Positions 40,441-54,457 of a stretch of 64,000 nt of DNA are shown here, one piece after another. The notes beneath the pieces were generated by a model. That model made no database searches and had not been told where the DNA came from. It saw only the letters and a program-made list of their open reading frames with translations. The stretch covers positions 23,707,744 to 23,771,743 of the forward strand of contig NC_091939.1 in the NCBI RefSeq assembly GCF_041260155.1, in the 5' to 3' direction. How positions within the stretch are numbered: position 1 is the first letter of the stretch; every line of letters starts with the position of its first letter. This stretch comes from Ptychodera flava. Lineage: Eukaryota. The translations under genes and the position numbers were made by a program.

Positions 40441-40825
40441 AACAGTGTCGGGCAAGCCCCCTCGCCAGCCAATCGTCGTCGACTTCAACCCTCCTCCATG
40501 TTTACCGAGCGGGGAAGACCAAGGGGTCCGAAAAATCGGCCCTCTTGTTTTCCCAACGTCCCTTTTCCCACACAATGAGATTGCGGAGATATTGCCCTGT
40601 GTGCACGCGAGGAACAATGCTCAGAGGTGTTTTTGTTTGTCCACGACTGTGTTTGCAGAGCCGATACTTCCAGCCGCTATATTAGCCCATCAGTGGTAGT
40701 TGTACTACACTCTATGGAAATCTACTTGACCGGGCTCATTACGCGGAGACTCAATCATTGAGAAGTTCCTCACTCAAGTGGCCGGGGATTTTTTTTCCTA
40801 AAATCTGTCTTAGTTGGTCAACGTA

Positions 40826-41051
40826 ATGGACGTGCATAGTATAGATTCAACTAATCCCTTGTCACCACGGGCAAACGCCTTCAGCATCGCCTCCCTCATC
40901 TCACCAATCTCGCAGCGCTCTCTCTCCGAGTCGTCCCTGTGCAACGCGGCCGCCGCCTCTGCCAACAGGAAAGTCAGCGGCTCCTTCAACGAGGACTCGG
41001 TCGATTCCTGGGGAAGCCCGACACCGATGCTAAGCGGCAAAGACATGGAAG
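40826..41051 (+). CDS. Tbx1: T-box transcription factor Tbx1/10-like, coding exon 1 (N-terminal region, begins MDVHSIDSTNPLSPRANAF...)
   Basis: ATG at 40826 is the first in-frame ATG after an in-frame TAG at 40811-40813. The frame stays open for 75 codons to a donor AAG|GTTGGT (GT at 41052-41053), ending in phase 1. That phase matches the acceptor of exon 2. The N-terminal region is Ser/Ala-rich as in Tbx1 proteins. Assignment as exon 1 rests on phase compatibility and proximity, not on homology. Confidence 0.6.
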
Positions 41052-41879
41052 GTTGGTAGTGAATGGGGCAGTGCTCTAAAGTTGTTGTTTCCCCTTAAGT
41101 GCAAAGCCTATTGTCGGCTCAAGAGACCCGTAGAAAGACATATAAAAACAACGAGCTACATGTGTTTGGATATCGGTAGGCACTCGTAGAAATATGAAAA
41201 AATATATTACGCCGAGTGTTTATTTCGAACTGATTTCGATATTTCCCCTGGACGTAACACGGAAATATTTATCAATCAACTGTCTTGGTTTACTCGGACA
41301 CGCCGGTATTAGCAACACTGGCAATGCATTTGAAATCCTTCATACAACACAACCATGCCTCAATAGCCACACAAAACAAACGTTTCGACACCGTCTATCG
41401 CAGCTATACCGGCCGCTCCTTCGCAAAAAAAACCATAAAATTTTAAACCTGCCGATTTTGGTTCTGTTAATCCATAGGTGGGCTCCATGTCCTAATTGTA
41501 TAATTCATATTTACCGATTATGTGTCTGAGATAGGCACGGCTGTAACCCATCGGAAAAGGTTAAAGTTTGCACTGATAATGGCGTGTCTGGGATGTCAGT
41601 TTTAAGTCATGTGGTTGGCTGAGCTGAATTTCGACCTACTTTTCAGCAATCCAAAATGTAATTCAAAATATCGATAATTTTAATCACGTCTCAAAATTTC
41701 CACGAACAAGTGTTCTAAATTTCGGACGGTGAAGTCCACGCTGTTTTGAAGCCCTAAGGCCGGATTGACATCGCGTTGTGATGTTTCAAAATCTGCTGTA
41801 AGTTCAGCAAAGTGCGTGTAACTAACACAGTCTGTTCCGGGGTTTGATTTTTTTTTGGTATCTGGTCTTGTCTTCTCAG

Positions 41880-42183
41880 TCACCAGTCATAACGGTAAGT
41901 GTGGTTCGGAGAGCGGAGAGAGCTTCTGCGACAATTCCTCGGATAAGTTTTTGAATAGCCCCGACAGCGGAGACATGGGCACCAAGGAGAGGGACGGGGA
42001 GGACGCCGAGATTAACACGGAGAACGCCGAGGAGACGGAAAAGGAGACTGTTCGCAAGCCAAAGGTGGACACCAGACCCCTGAGTGACAAAGTCAGATAT
42101 GTCGAAGTACAGTTAGAAATGAAACCGCTCTGGGATGAATTCCATTCATTGGGAACGGAGATGATCGTAACCAAGAGTGGAAG
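41880..42183 (+). CDS. Tbx1: Tbx1/10-like coding exon 2 (acidic linker plus start of T-box: ...[31 protein letters not shown])
   Basis: Acceptor tcttctcag| at 41878-41879 and donor AG|GTAAGA (GT at 42184-42185). The translation ends [25 protein letters not shown](R). This closely matches the vertebrate Tbx1 start of the T-box, [27 protein letters not shown]. The phase-2 end joins exon 3 to give the conserved SGRRMFPTF. Confidence 0.85.
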
Positions 42184-45100
42184 GTAAGATTGAACACTTA
42201 TTTATTCGGTGGAATTTAATAAAATATATGAAAATGCATTCGGTCATACTGATTTCAAATTTACTCCTTTAAAAAATACACACACTTGAAACTGTTGTTC
42301 TTCGTGGACAAGTGCTACATATTCATTGCAATCGGAAACGTGGCATTTTTCGAAATTGAGTACTTCACGATAGGAAAGGGGTTTTCGTTGTCGCTTTAAA
42401 GAAGCAATATAAGTCGACTTCTATCTCTGAACGTCCACCGTGCCATCCAGCTGAACGGTTACCACGAAGTGCGCGTATTTATTTAATATTTACACGGCAG
42501 ACCAGCGGATGTTCTCCGTATCCTTGAGTTTATGTTCGCCGGTAAGGGGTAAACTGCTGGGGCGGAGAACTCGGGCGGTAGCGATCAGGGGGTGATAATT
42601 TATCCATTTCATTAGTCCATACCAGTTAATTACCGCGATAATGAGACTGTTGAAATATGTGATGACAGTGTATGGCCAGTGGGGTGGATATTCCGCTGAG
42701 GAGTGTGGCTGGACAAGCGATTGTCCTGTCGTTCGCTCTGTTAACCATAAATTCAACACGTTTTGTTCGATGACACTGGTCTGTCCTCGTAGCATGACAA
42801 AAAGTATCAGCGGAGGTTTTAAAACCTGCTTTTCATCTTATTTTTTTCCAAACTTGACAACTACATATCAAGGAATACGACCACACAACCAGTGGCGTTT
42901 TTATCGCCTCATGGTCCAGCTATTCCGCACAAAGCCGACCCAATCACCACCAGCTGATGCCTGCATGGCTAACCAACTCGAAGGGTCTGTCAAAAAATCT
43001 GTCGCTCTTTTTCCCAATGTCAATTTCCCACAGCGTGAAATTGACACGAACATCTCCCATGGTTATGAAAGACAACACAGTGACATTTTACAACTCGGCG
43101 TGACTTATTGCCGTGAGTTCCATATAGATAATAGAGCGTCGTCGACTTGAGCCGAAGTCATAAACATGAATCTGGGTAAACATTCCAGTTGCACCCATAA
43201 CAGAAACTCTGAGACCCCAGTTTTCAACTCGATTCTGACGCCATGCCCCGTTTAATTTTTACCCTATTATAAAATAAAATTAGAAAGAAAATATCATGAA
43301 TACTGATACTGCTCTGAGACGAAATTCGCAGTTTTAAGTAATCTAAAATGCCTAACTTTTCACTAGAATTATTGGTCTTTCACGTATTTTTTCTATCGTG
43401 CAGCGGTCGACTTGTTGTCGCGGTACGTGTGCTTCAATTCTATACAGACTCATGAAAATTACTAGAATACTTAGGTGAGAGTGCGGGAAGGAATTTGTTC
43501 TCGGGGCTTATACCTTCACTTCCAGACTATAGCCTTCTCTGGAAGAATCTCAACAACGCCGTTCGGTAGAATGCAGTTTTTGTCTCGGAATATGCAACGC
43601 AATACCGGCCCGCGCGTATCCACTTTCGCAGTAATCACTCAAGTTTTTCACTTGCTTCGCACTTTTGTGAAAAAAGAGTGTTAGGTTTTCATATCATGGT
43701 CTGTGTTATGGAACCTCGCTTTAGTTGCCTTGCAGTACCAGTTTTGAATAGGTCTCATCGCCGGTTTGTTTTTTGTTGTTCACTCAACTGTTTAGGACAG
43801 CACAAACTTTCAGATATTAGTCAAATCTTCTTTTTTGCTGTTTTACATATTTATTCCTTCCTTGGACCGTGCAGGCAATGTTAAACTTTTTTGTAAATTG
43901 TTGAAAAAGTCTAAAAACAATTTCGAGTCTCTAGCATATGCGCTTAGACTGCCTGTGTCTGTATTCTGATCAATACTGTATGCTCGATCGGTCACACCGT
44001 GCAGCCTCTATGCATTCCTCGATGTCATAGTAGACATGCAGCGCGACCGGTACGCGGCCCCTCCGACATGCTAAAATACAGACAGTTCATGCCGTAACAG
44101 ACAGAGAGTATCTCAGAAATGATAACGGCGCTTCTTTGAAAGTTTTGAAAGTATCAGGCGCTCAGAAACACCATACGGAAGGCAGGGAAGGGACTAATGA
44201 TGGTGTGGACAGAATCTTAAGTACCCCTCGATCACAACAACGTCCTAAAGACGGGCCCGTACAAAGACAGGTAAACACGCTGGCGCTCTAATTGAAAATC
44301 ATTGAGGTCTGGAGTCAAGAATTCAAACCCTAACGCGAGACCGTGTAAAACCAGAAACCAACAGACGTCGACAGCAAACACACCGAGAGCCGAGTACCCA
44401 AACCACAGCCAGTTCCCAATTGGAAAATGTTTAGATACATTCTACCCAACAAAAGACGTTTAGGGCATGGCAAAGAAACGCGAACCAGTGAAGGAATTTT
44501 GAAATGTTTGTGGAAGTACATCGCAAATTTGTTTTAGGGAATTATTTTTAGTATGAAACTTACATGGTAAATGTTTGATGGTTTGATTGTTACTGTGTCA
44601 AAGGCAAAGATTGCATTCTTGCCAATTTCTATTTGTTCTGCCATAAAAAGGCCATAAAGGTGTCAGAATTATTAGAAATATATCTGATCTACACCGCTTG
44701 GTACAGGACACCAATTCTACACGTGCTCTATTTACTAAGCCGTGATGCCACAGCGCGTTATTGGATGGATTTTATTAGATATCCTTTATGAGATAGTGCG
44801 TCGAAAACTGTGTATGTTCTTCCCCGCCAAACTCGGGCGGGGGGTGGGGGTGTCAGTTTTACACGAACTGCAGTAATTTTGTGTTGTGTTTTTTCCACAA
44901 AAGAACGTAAGTTTAGAATGATATTCGAAAAAAAAATTCGGGAAAGATCCATGCGGTATATGGGATGGTGTGCACGATATCGTCCTCGGCGGCGGAGCAA
45001 TGTAGACTTGCAGGGGACCGCTGTTGTGTGTTTTCGTTTACATAGGCAATGCGGTGTCAAGTGGATAGCTAAATTACACCTCGGCAAAGTTAATACCTTC

Positions 45101-47476
45101 AGGGGATGGGTCTCAAAAGTACATCCGATGATGCAATTACAAATATCAGCACACAGGTCTGCGTGTTTTTGAACAAGGCATGTCTGAATGACTTCAAAAA
45201 ACGAGAACATAATATCGCTGAATTGGGGGACTATCACGCCGCACTAACTGTTATAAATCTACTCTGCTAGTTAAACTAAGTGGTCCTCCAATTTCAATGA
45301 ATCTTCAACACCATCGGCTGTCATCAGAACGCCGTGTGTTATGAGGTTTAGGTACGACCGCCGTCACAGGGCGTACTTATTAATTAATTTATTTGACGTA
45401 TTCATGGTTCTGACCGAGGCACATCGCCGAACGGTGCAAAGACGATCACTGAAACACAAGATACAACGGTCGGTAGGCGGTGGTAAATCAGGCAGACACC
45501 GGGGACCTCGCGCTTAATTAAAAGAGCTGTGTTTCAAAACCGACAGACGATAATTTTTAAAAAAGATATAAAAAGTGATAACAGTTGACATAATTCGCGC
45601 GCTACATAAAGCTGCACGGCGGAAACTGTCTCATCGTTGAAAAATCCGATGGTTTCATGTAGAGTCAAAGAACAGTAGAAAGACGTTAGATAGCTCGTAA
45701 AATGAATCACCCAGACGGTGTTGAATTGTGTTTGATCTAAATCATTCTCGCTTATCGACAGGGGATGGCATTGAACTGTCGTGTTAATGGCTCTATAAAT
45801 GAGACCACAGGTCGGCAGTATAGTGTGACGATTTAATGGCGGTTGCGCTGGTCGGGGGTTCTCTACTCAAGCCGGGTCTGCGTTTTCTCATTGCGCTCAA
45901 ACTTGACTCCTCTACCCTCTCCGCTCCGAGGGAGAGCTACTCGGCAATGTTCGGGTTATCTTCGATCAATCTGTCGTGTGACAGGTTGACATTTGAAGGT
46001 GATAATGACCGCGTCTTTGCTCTGAGCACACACACCATAGAGCTATATCAGGCACAGCGCCCAGACGATAGGGTAATGAACATTCCTGAAGCCCCGAACA
46101 GTTTGTTTTGTTCCCCATGGCAGGATGTGGAGTAAAAATCTAAAATTCGTAATTGCACTTCCGTAACTTGATGGGTACAAGCCGCATATAACTTTTACAG
46201 TATTTAAAATTATGCCGTTTACTGTTTATAATGTATCTTTCTAAAACCATAAATAGTGTCACAAATGACTCGCATCAATGCATTACGTATACGTCTATCA
46301 TTTTCGTACATGTACATCTGACACTCTCATCAAATATTATAAGTCTAGGCTCATAACATTCAATTTATTATTCAGTTTTTTAAAGTTTCACTTTTCCCCA
46401 CAGCCCGTCATGATATTTAAAGCAACATTCTTAAAAACTAGAAAAATTACTTCAGTAAATTTAATTGAGAAGACAACAAAGTTTTAAAAAAACATGAATG
46501 TCATTTCAAACTTGGATAAGAGTCTACGGTTTTGTTTTTGTTTTTGTTTTTAAATATATGTGACTAGTCGAGTGTTCCTTTAAGACATGATTAAATGAAA
46601 AATAAAGCATGCTCGAACAATTTCTTTGATATCATAACAAATTGAGCACCTAGCTATTGCTTGAAAGGGTTTTTTTCTCGAATTACAGCCGGTCATCAAG
46701 TGTTCACATTAACGGGGATTGACATAAGCTGACCGTTTTCGTCCAGAGATGGTGTTTCTTTTTCAGACTCGATAGCCCAGTAAAAGGGAGTCTGGTGATA
46801 TCGATGCCCTCGGTACTAGTTTAGTTCCAAGAAAAAGTGTTTTCTGTCCAAATTGAAGTAGGCCAATAAAAAACGATATATATCGAATCTAGTTCTAGTA
46901 AGATGCTACAACCAAACTTGAAAACTTAGATAAACTACTGTACGGTAGCATGGCGTTTGCACTGATATTCTTACTTAATCTGCGCACATATCAACAATGT
47001 GAACTTAGTTGTAATACCTGTTTCAAAAGTATGCTTTTTAGTACATAAATGTTTGTACTATTAATTTTTTCTGGTTTGTACTATTAATTTGTTCTTTGAC
47101 TGCTCCTGGAGAAAGTTAAAACACCATGAAAAGTCTGAAAATTCCTGTGGACCTGACTGCAAGATGTAACGCATGGGACACCATCAGATACAGATCTGAT
47201 GTAGGTTTCAGTGAAAAAAGTAGACCTCACTTTGCAACGGTCCCACCCTTGTCTGTCAGAAACACGAAATAATGCTTGGACATCGGTAGAAGGAAAGCAA
47301 AGAAGCGTTCCCAGGTTACCATGACATTATTCAATTTACAGAACCGCATCTGATTAGTCTTGGGTTTGACGTGTCGCCCTGGACTGAAGCAGCGCATCAA
47401 GGGGCTGAAAATGAAAGCCGCGTGCGAAGAATAAATCAAACAACATGTTGTTTAATTCTCATTGAAAAACTTTATG

Positions 47477-47480
<4 letters not shown>

Positions 47481-47537
<57 letters not shown>
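47481..47537. repeat. (AT)n ~28 units
   Basis: Read directly. Confidence 0.95.
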
Positions 47538-47540
<3 letters not shown>

Positions 47541-50021
47541 TAGATTTTTCGAGATATTCCAAAATTATTCGAGCAAGTTATGGTACTAATAGCGTCACAG
47601 ACTTAAAATATATCTGAGTAGTATATTTTCTTCTTCCCTACCAAAACCACTTTGTTGAAGTTGTGTAAATTTTTGACTTCCTCAAAGCACTATTACACCT
47701 GGCAACGTTTTTAACACTTTCAACCCCTCTGACATCACGACAAAACGGTAGTTTAAAATTTCCACTCTCCGCTTGGTCCCCCTTTCTATTCGTGAACTGA
47801 GCCTGAATGGGCGACAGGAATTTGTTGTTTTTGACGGTTGTGGAACGGAACGAAGTAATTCTGGACAGCGCACAAAGCAAATAGTTGAGCATTTCAAGTC
47901 TGATGAGTCGTGTGGCCAGCCTCTGTTCTGAGGAGTCCTTTTTGACGGGTGGTCGCACAAGCCATGTCATGCCGGCAATCCCGAATTGAATACTAACTCT
48001 ATGGAGACAACAAACACATTCGTCATGCTTGTGACGACTTCTAAAATTTCACTCCACGAGAAATTTTCTCTCTCTTTTTTGCTGTTAAAAATAACCACAA
48101 TTCAGTTTCTTTTTTCATATCTTTTGGTGCATGTTACATCAATCAGACTGGGTTAAAAGCGAATACTTTTGCAGGCATATGTATGTAAAGCGAAAATTAG
48201 AAAAAGAGGTGTGTTTACGAGGGTTTTGAAAAGAGAAAAATTGTCACTTTCATGTTTACAAAATCACACAAAATAGTCAACAGACTGAAAGTCTTGCCTT
48301 CTCCAGATGTATGGCACTGCCTCTTTCACGTTTTCTTCGCTCAAACGAAGAAAAACGAACTATATTTACTGGTCTTAAAAGCGAACAATAGAAAACGTGA
48401 TCTTTATTTAGAAACACTCCCGACTTTTTTTGGGCAACGCTTTCCAAAGAAAACAGTCTTAGTAGCGTGTTTTCAGCATATGAATATTTAAGAGGATTTT
48501 TTTCTGTCGAATCCATAAGCCGAAGAATATAAAACGTGCGTTTTGGTGGGGTTTTCCCCTTTATTCTAGTCTGTAAAACGCCTGCTATGGTTCTTCTTTG
48601 TCAAGATTTGACTGTGAAAGTAGCCTGTGTTTGGAATAACAGATCAATTGTCGATTGAATTTGGGACCCAATTAATAATTCTGTCGTCATGAGCTGTATT
48701 CGTCCTCTCTTATAAAAGTTGCTTTGCTTTCTAGACCTGATGGCGATGGCAAAAAAAGGTCTGCGTGATGATTGCTGAGTCAAGATACATATAGTTTCTG
48801 TTCCCTTGTCCATTGTAAATTGAAATATCAAACAACGAGCATACACGAGAACGCATTGTCTACTTTCGCTCACTCGTCACCGGTCCTTCAAACCCGGACA
48901 ATTAAACCACTCTGAGGGCCCGTTTCACTGAGTGCCGAGAACGACAGACTGATGGGAGCTCGGACCAACAAGTTTGTTTTAGATTGTGGGCCTAATTGCC
49001 GGAGTGCCATCTATCTTTCAGTAATTGCATGTTGAAGTGTCGTCTCCCTTCGGTTGTTAGAATTACCCAAGCTGTTTATCCCATTAGTGTCCACATTTGT
49101 CCTTTCTCTCCGTTTTCTCTCTCACCCCGTTTCATCTGGTCTGTCCAGATCTAGAATTCACAGCCTCGTTCCCCTGCAATATCAACTGTCGTCACATCTA
49201 TCACAATCCGATGAGTGACTGAATTTTGCTAAGAAAAATTGGACGCGTTCGATCCTGGGACCGCTGTCGGACTCTCCTTCATGTGATGTTGGGGGGAGGG
49301 CACAAAACACGCCCAAAATGGCTTACACCTACTCATTACAAGAGGAGGGGGCTAAGGTTTCAGGTATCACATATTGGATCACTCTCGATAGAGGAGGTCA
49401 ACCTCCCCTCAAGTGTTTTCATCTCACTCGTGACGTGAACGAGATGAAATTATTCAACTTCCAAACTGCCGGCGGGGACAACAGCAAAACCTTTATTCTT
49501 TGATGCACTTGGTTAAATTTTTCAAGTCTGCCCTTACGCGCAGTTTTTTTCAAGAAAAACAACACAGTATGAATTGGTCAGTCGATATACTAAAAATATC
49601 ACGATCAACTTTCTGTACACATATTTCTATTCGTCACCTGACTTGAAATCTCTCAAAATATGTATATTATACGTGATATATATTTCACGGTATTAAATTG
49701 TAGAAGTTTTGTCTTCTTGATGGAGTCTTTCATGATTATGTTTTGTTTCAGCCCATGTAAGTTTACCTCTAGGGCACAGCCATTGTGATGGATGTAAAAT
49801 ATTGCTAAGTTTATGGTCATGTTGCATTTCAAAAGTGAGTCAAATTATCGAATACTACTTTCAGCAAAAAAAACCGTGGCCAATCGACTTGAATGATTGT
49901 TATTCAATTCTATCTTTAAGTTACAAAAAGCTCATACGGCCACGGTAGATATCTAAAAAACTTGTTAAAGGGTAAAACGTTTCCTTCTTTATACTTTTCT
50001 GACTCTGATCACACATTACAG

Positions 50022-50103
50022 ACGAATGTTTCCGACTTTTCAAGTCAAGCTGCGTGGGATGGATCCCATGGCGGAGTACATCCTAATGATGGACTTTGTT
50101 CCG
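50022..50103 (+). CDS. Tbx1: Tbx1/10-like coding exon 3 (T-box: [28 protein letters not shown])
   Basis: Acceptor acacattacag| (AG at 50020-50021) and donor CCG|GTGAGT (GT at 50104-50105). The translation is nearly identical to vertebrate Tbx1 ([28 protein letters not shown]). It runs phase 2 in, phase 0 out. Confidence 0.9.
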
Positions 50104-50154
50104 GTGAGTGTTGGCTTGCTGTGCCTTAACTGACATAACCCACAGTACACATTT

Positions 50155-50292
50155 ATACATACATACATACATACATACATACATACATACATACATACAT
50201 ACATACATACATACATACATACATACATACATACATACATACATACATACATACATACATACATACATACATACATACATACATACATACAT
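50155..50292. repeat. (CATA)n ~34 units, beginning ~50 bp downstream of the Tbx1 exon 3 donor
   Basis: Read directly. This is the source of the poly-CMYV artefact ORFs on both strands. Confidence 0.95.
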
Positions 50293-50465
50293 GTACAATA
50301 TATACATATTCTCAACGAAGTAATATTATTGCCCGTACATGAACTAAATTCGAACAATTTTTATTCTCCAGCATTCCTATTAATTCATCCCACTCCTGTC
50401 ACCACTATTACTTCATTATGCTCTGTTGTCGCACTTCTACTTTCTTGCAATATATTTTTGAGCGC

Positions 50466-50572
<107 letters not shown>

Positions 50573-50871
50573 CGTTTTAAAACACAGATGCGCTGTGTTA
50601 GATGAATCGCATGTCCAATGTATGTCCATTCAGTGTAAATGCGCCATGTGTGGTGTGTCTGTGTGTGTATGAAGAATTTACCAGAGTTCCGTGGTAACGC
50701 TTTTCAGAAAGGTTTTCAACGAAGGTATGGCAACAATGCCGACTGCTCCATCAACATGCCTCACAGAAACCCAGCATAGTCGTTGCCGCGTGTCGACATC
50801 TGGTCTTTACGCTTTGCGTAGCGACTGAAAAACATAAAAAAAGTCCTCATCCCTTTTTTTATCCTTTGCAG

Positions 50872-51063
50872 GTGGACAACAAGCGATATCGATACGCTTT
50901 TCACAGTTCTAGTTGGCTGGTTGCTGGCCAGGGCGATCCGGAGATGCCCGGACGTATTCATGTACACCCCGACTCCCCAGCTCGCGGTTCAATATGGATG
51001 AAACAAATCGTATCCTTCGATAAACTCAAACTAACCAACAATCTATTGGACGATAACGGACAT
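50872..51063 (+). CDS. Tbx1: Tbx1/10-like coding exon 4 (T-box: [63 protein letters not shown])
   Basis: Acceptor cctttgcag| (AG at 50870-50871) and donor CAT|GTAAGT (GT at 51064-51065). The 64 codons match the Tbx1 T-box ([22 protein letters not shown]...[21 protein letters not shown]) almost residue for residue. Confidence 0.92.
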
Positions 51064-51935
51064 GTAAGTGTACATTTGTATTTCCCCAACGACCTCAAAC
51101 AATAAAGATTTATTGCGTTTCGGGGGTGCAACACAAGATCAAACAATCAGTGTTAGCCAACACTATTTATATTTACGCAACGCGTTTCCGTATATTTTCA
51201 AGTCATATTTTCTCATACAGGTTTGTTTATTTGGTCATTGTTGTAGCCACTGTGACAATTTTTCCATGTATTTACCTCCGAAATATCCGTACCATGACAA
51301 TATACATTTGTGTTCTGCCGGTTATGTACACCTACAACTTTGTCGCTTTGCGCTTGGTTGACAAACTACAAACAGTCCGTCAAAGAGGCTCTCGCAATTC
51401 CCACCAGTATCAACTTTTATGTACTGGTAGTACCCTATACCTTTTCCTTCTCAGACGTTGGGATCGACTTTTCCCCATCTACGACGACGTCGATGTGAAT
51501 TGCTTTCTCAAAAATAAAAGTTTGCGTATAATCACATTTAACTATTTTTGTTCGTAATTGCAATACGATGGAAGCTTGACTTGCTACGGTTTCGGATCAA
51601 TAAAGAAATAGGGGTTGACATTTTCTCTAGGAAACCAGAGTACGAGTTTGAACCGTTCGGCTGGCAAAGCTTTCAATCCGAAGTTAAAACTATTGACTGT
51701 CTCATGGCTCAAGGTGTCGCGGTTTGGGTGATGCATCGCGCCGCCCGCCCACGGCGGTGTGTTCAATTTGTGACAAACCGTCGAGAGTTCGCCATGGAAG
51801 GGTCATAACCCACTGCGAGTTAAACGTTTGCCCTTTCCGGGCTTCTGGCAACTGTAAAAAAGACAGTTTCTAGAATGTAAAACTGGGTACCGGATATCTT
51901 CAGTGTTCAGATGTATCACTGATTTCACACGCTTT

Positions 51936-52006
51936 CAAACTCTTCTTCCAAAATACAGTCCATCATCACCTCAAACTCTTCTTCCAAAATACAGTCCATC
52001 ATCACC
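51936..52006. repeat. Tandem duplication of a 36-nt unit (caaactcttcttccaaaatacagtccatcatcacc)
   Basis: Two adjacent near-identical copies, read directly. Confidence 0.8.
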
Positions 52007-52421
52007 ATCTTGTCTGACCGCACAGATATAGGAAAGTCATTTGCTCATAAAACTCTCATCAGCGCACAAAATTTTATCTTGTTAATATGTGTTAAACGGA
52101 AATATATGTAAATTTTAATAAAACTGTTTTCATTGTTTTTGGTTAAGAAAGCACGTACATTTTCTTATTATCAAATTGTCTTAAGAAATATAAAGTATTA
52201 GATATTGCCGACACAACGATATGTTGATAATTGAATTCTGGTTCCGACTCAAATTCATGAATCACATAAATACCATTGGACGTTGCACACATCCAGTCAG
52301 GCAGTGTAGTCAAGTTGGACATAAGGCACTGCGGCATGATTTTCAAATCATAACAAGCAACAATATTTCACACAAGGAACAGAACACCAAAGGTTACAAA
52401 AAAGAGCTTTGATTATTCGAC

Positions 52422-52585
<164 letters not shown>

Positions 52586-54301
52586 AACAGTTACGTCATA
52601 AGTATCCATAGATTGAGGGAACTATCGAATATCATGGAATTTCCTCAGTATTTAAGATAAGTAAGACGTTGACTAAACAGCCAGAATCGTCTACAATTAC
52701 ATGGTTACTGTATACAGAATGCTTATCAAACGTCAACTGTGAAGTTTCATCGACTAGACGCGGCAGACCATAGAAACATTGTATACCTTGAAATGTACAT
52801 GACATTGTATATTATCCATGTATATTTCGCGAGTACAATCAATTGACGTTTCTTCCTATGAAATTACACAATTTTGCTGTTTCACATTTTAATTAAAAGA
52901 AAGTTGTTCGTCGACACTAAATATCCCAAATTAACTATTCGCCGGGCATTCAGAAACTCATTTTCTACTCAAACGGGCAGATAACGATAATTTTATTTCA
53001 AAAAGCACTCTTGAGTCAGTGCATAAACAACCTAAAATTGGTTGACACATTAAAGTATTTTATAAAGAGAAGCCCGTCCCTATGAAAAGCAATTTCAACG
53101 ACGCCACTTCGTTCTCGCCAAGCTTATTTTTTCCCTACAATTTAAAATTTCTCCGTAAACCCCTTTTCTGGAATTTCAATTTCTCGTTCCTTAAACATTG
53201 GGGATCATTTCGCCATTAGCAGCCATTGTCGAGCCACTTTACAACCGCAATAATCGTCCTTCGCAAATTTGTCTAAATATTTTCACAAGAGCTTTGAAAT
53301 TCTTCAGTTGTCACACCATCAACCCTCCTCCCAGGGCGGATTAGATCCATGAGTTGTTTTAAACAGCGAAATTAGATCAAAAGTCGAGTTCAAAAGCATC
53401 AACTTGATACCTCGTTCCTCTTCGCATGGCTTGCGATGCATTGAGAACGCTGGCTCGGAGAAGGTATCTCTCTCTCTCGGCGCGTTCGACATTCAAGCCT
53501 CTTTAGCCACGGACAATGCTGAAGTGATACGTTGCAACATAGTCGTGTGGTATAACTGTTCGTTTAAGTGACGTTATAGTTTTGACAGAAGTAACGACAT
53601 GATGACATTATCAAGACATATAACTTCCCCTTCCGTCCCGGATCCGCTGTGATTGTGGTCTACTTGATGTTGATCACTGCCAACTTGAAGGCAAATACTG
53701 TAACACGTCATAGTACGACCATAAGTCAGCCCAAGCTTGCACTTGAATAACAACCCAACCAATACTTTATTTTCTTAGTCTAGCATATGGTTAGGGCATC
53801 CATCACAAGCTTCCTATTCTTTGAATTTGCTTTTTTCATACCTTTTCCGAATTTCGGTCACGAGCTCGAGAAAATGAAATGGTAGCCCAAAAATGTTTCA
53901 AGCAATACTATCTATTTACCCAGGAAATAATGTATCCCCATGTCTTGCCTATAACGGGAGTAACATCGTTATTTCGAAATTTCACAAACGTCATTCATTA
54001 TATCCGAAAGTAAAATATCAGAGAAAGAGATGAAAATATACTTACATTCGTTCTGAAAGGAAGGGGCTGTACCTCTAGAATTGTATGCCGTGCTATTGAC
54101 GTATTTCGATTCAACCATCTTTCACACGCCCGCTTCCAATTACCGCCGTATCACCCATTATTTGCGATCCTGCTTAACCTTTTTTGATATCATTTTCTTC
54201 CTCGTCCCCAGGGGCTTGGTCATGTGATCTTTACTCTTTTTTGTCAACTGCGAAAGAATAACATCAAACTTCTTCCCTTTTTTTATTATGTTGACCTGCA
54301 G

Positions 54302-54457
54302 ATAATACTGAACTCAATGCACCGATACCAGCCTCGCTTTCACGTCGTACACGTGAGCGGGAGAAAGGATCCCGAGAACGCGGCCGAGAAGGAATTCCAG
54401 ACGTTCATCTTCACAGAAACGCAGTTCACTGCCGTTACTGCCTATCAAAATCACAGG
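54302..54457 (+). CDS. Tbx1: Tbx1/10-like coding exon 5 (T-box: [52 protein letters not shown])
   Basis: Acceptor ttgacctgcag| (AG at 54300-54301) and donor AGG|GTAAGG (GT at 54458-54459). The 52 codons match Tbx1 ([52 protein letters not shown]). Confidence 0.92.

Noticed and set aside
44758-45237. 159-aa minus-strand ORF, overlapped by a 120-aa plus-strand ORF
   Set aside because: The ORFs are mutually overlapping on opposite strands. They have no splice context, and the product is a basic low-complexity string with a PPPP run. Likely noncoding.
50040-50357. Minus-strand ORFs of 105 and 74 aa with MYVC repeats, overlapping Tbx1 exon 3
   Set aside because: An artefact of the (CATA)n tract. 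The plus-strand frame at 50022-50103 carries the conserved T-box sequence.
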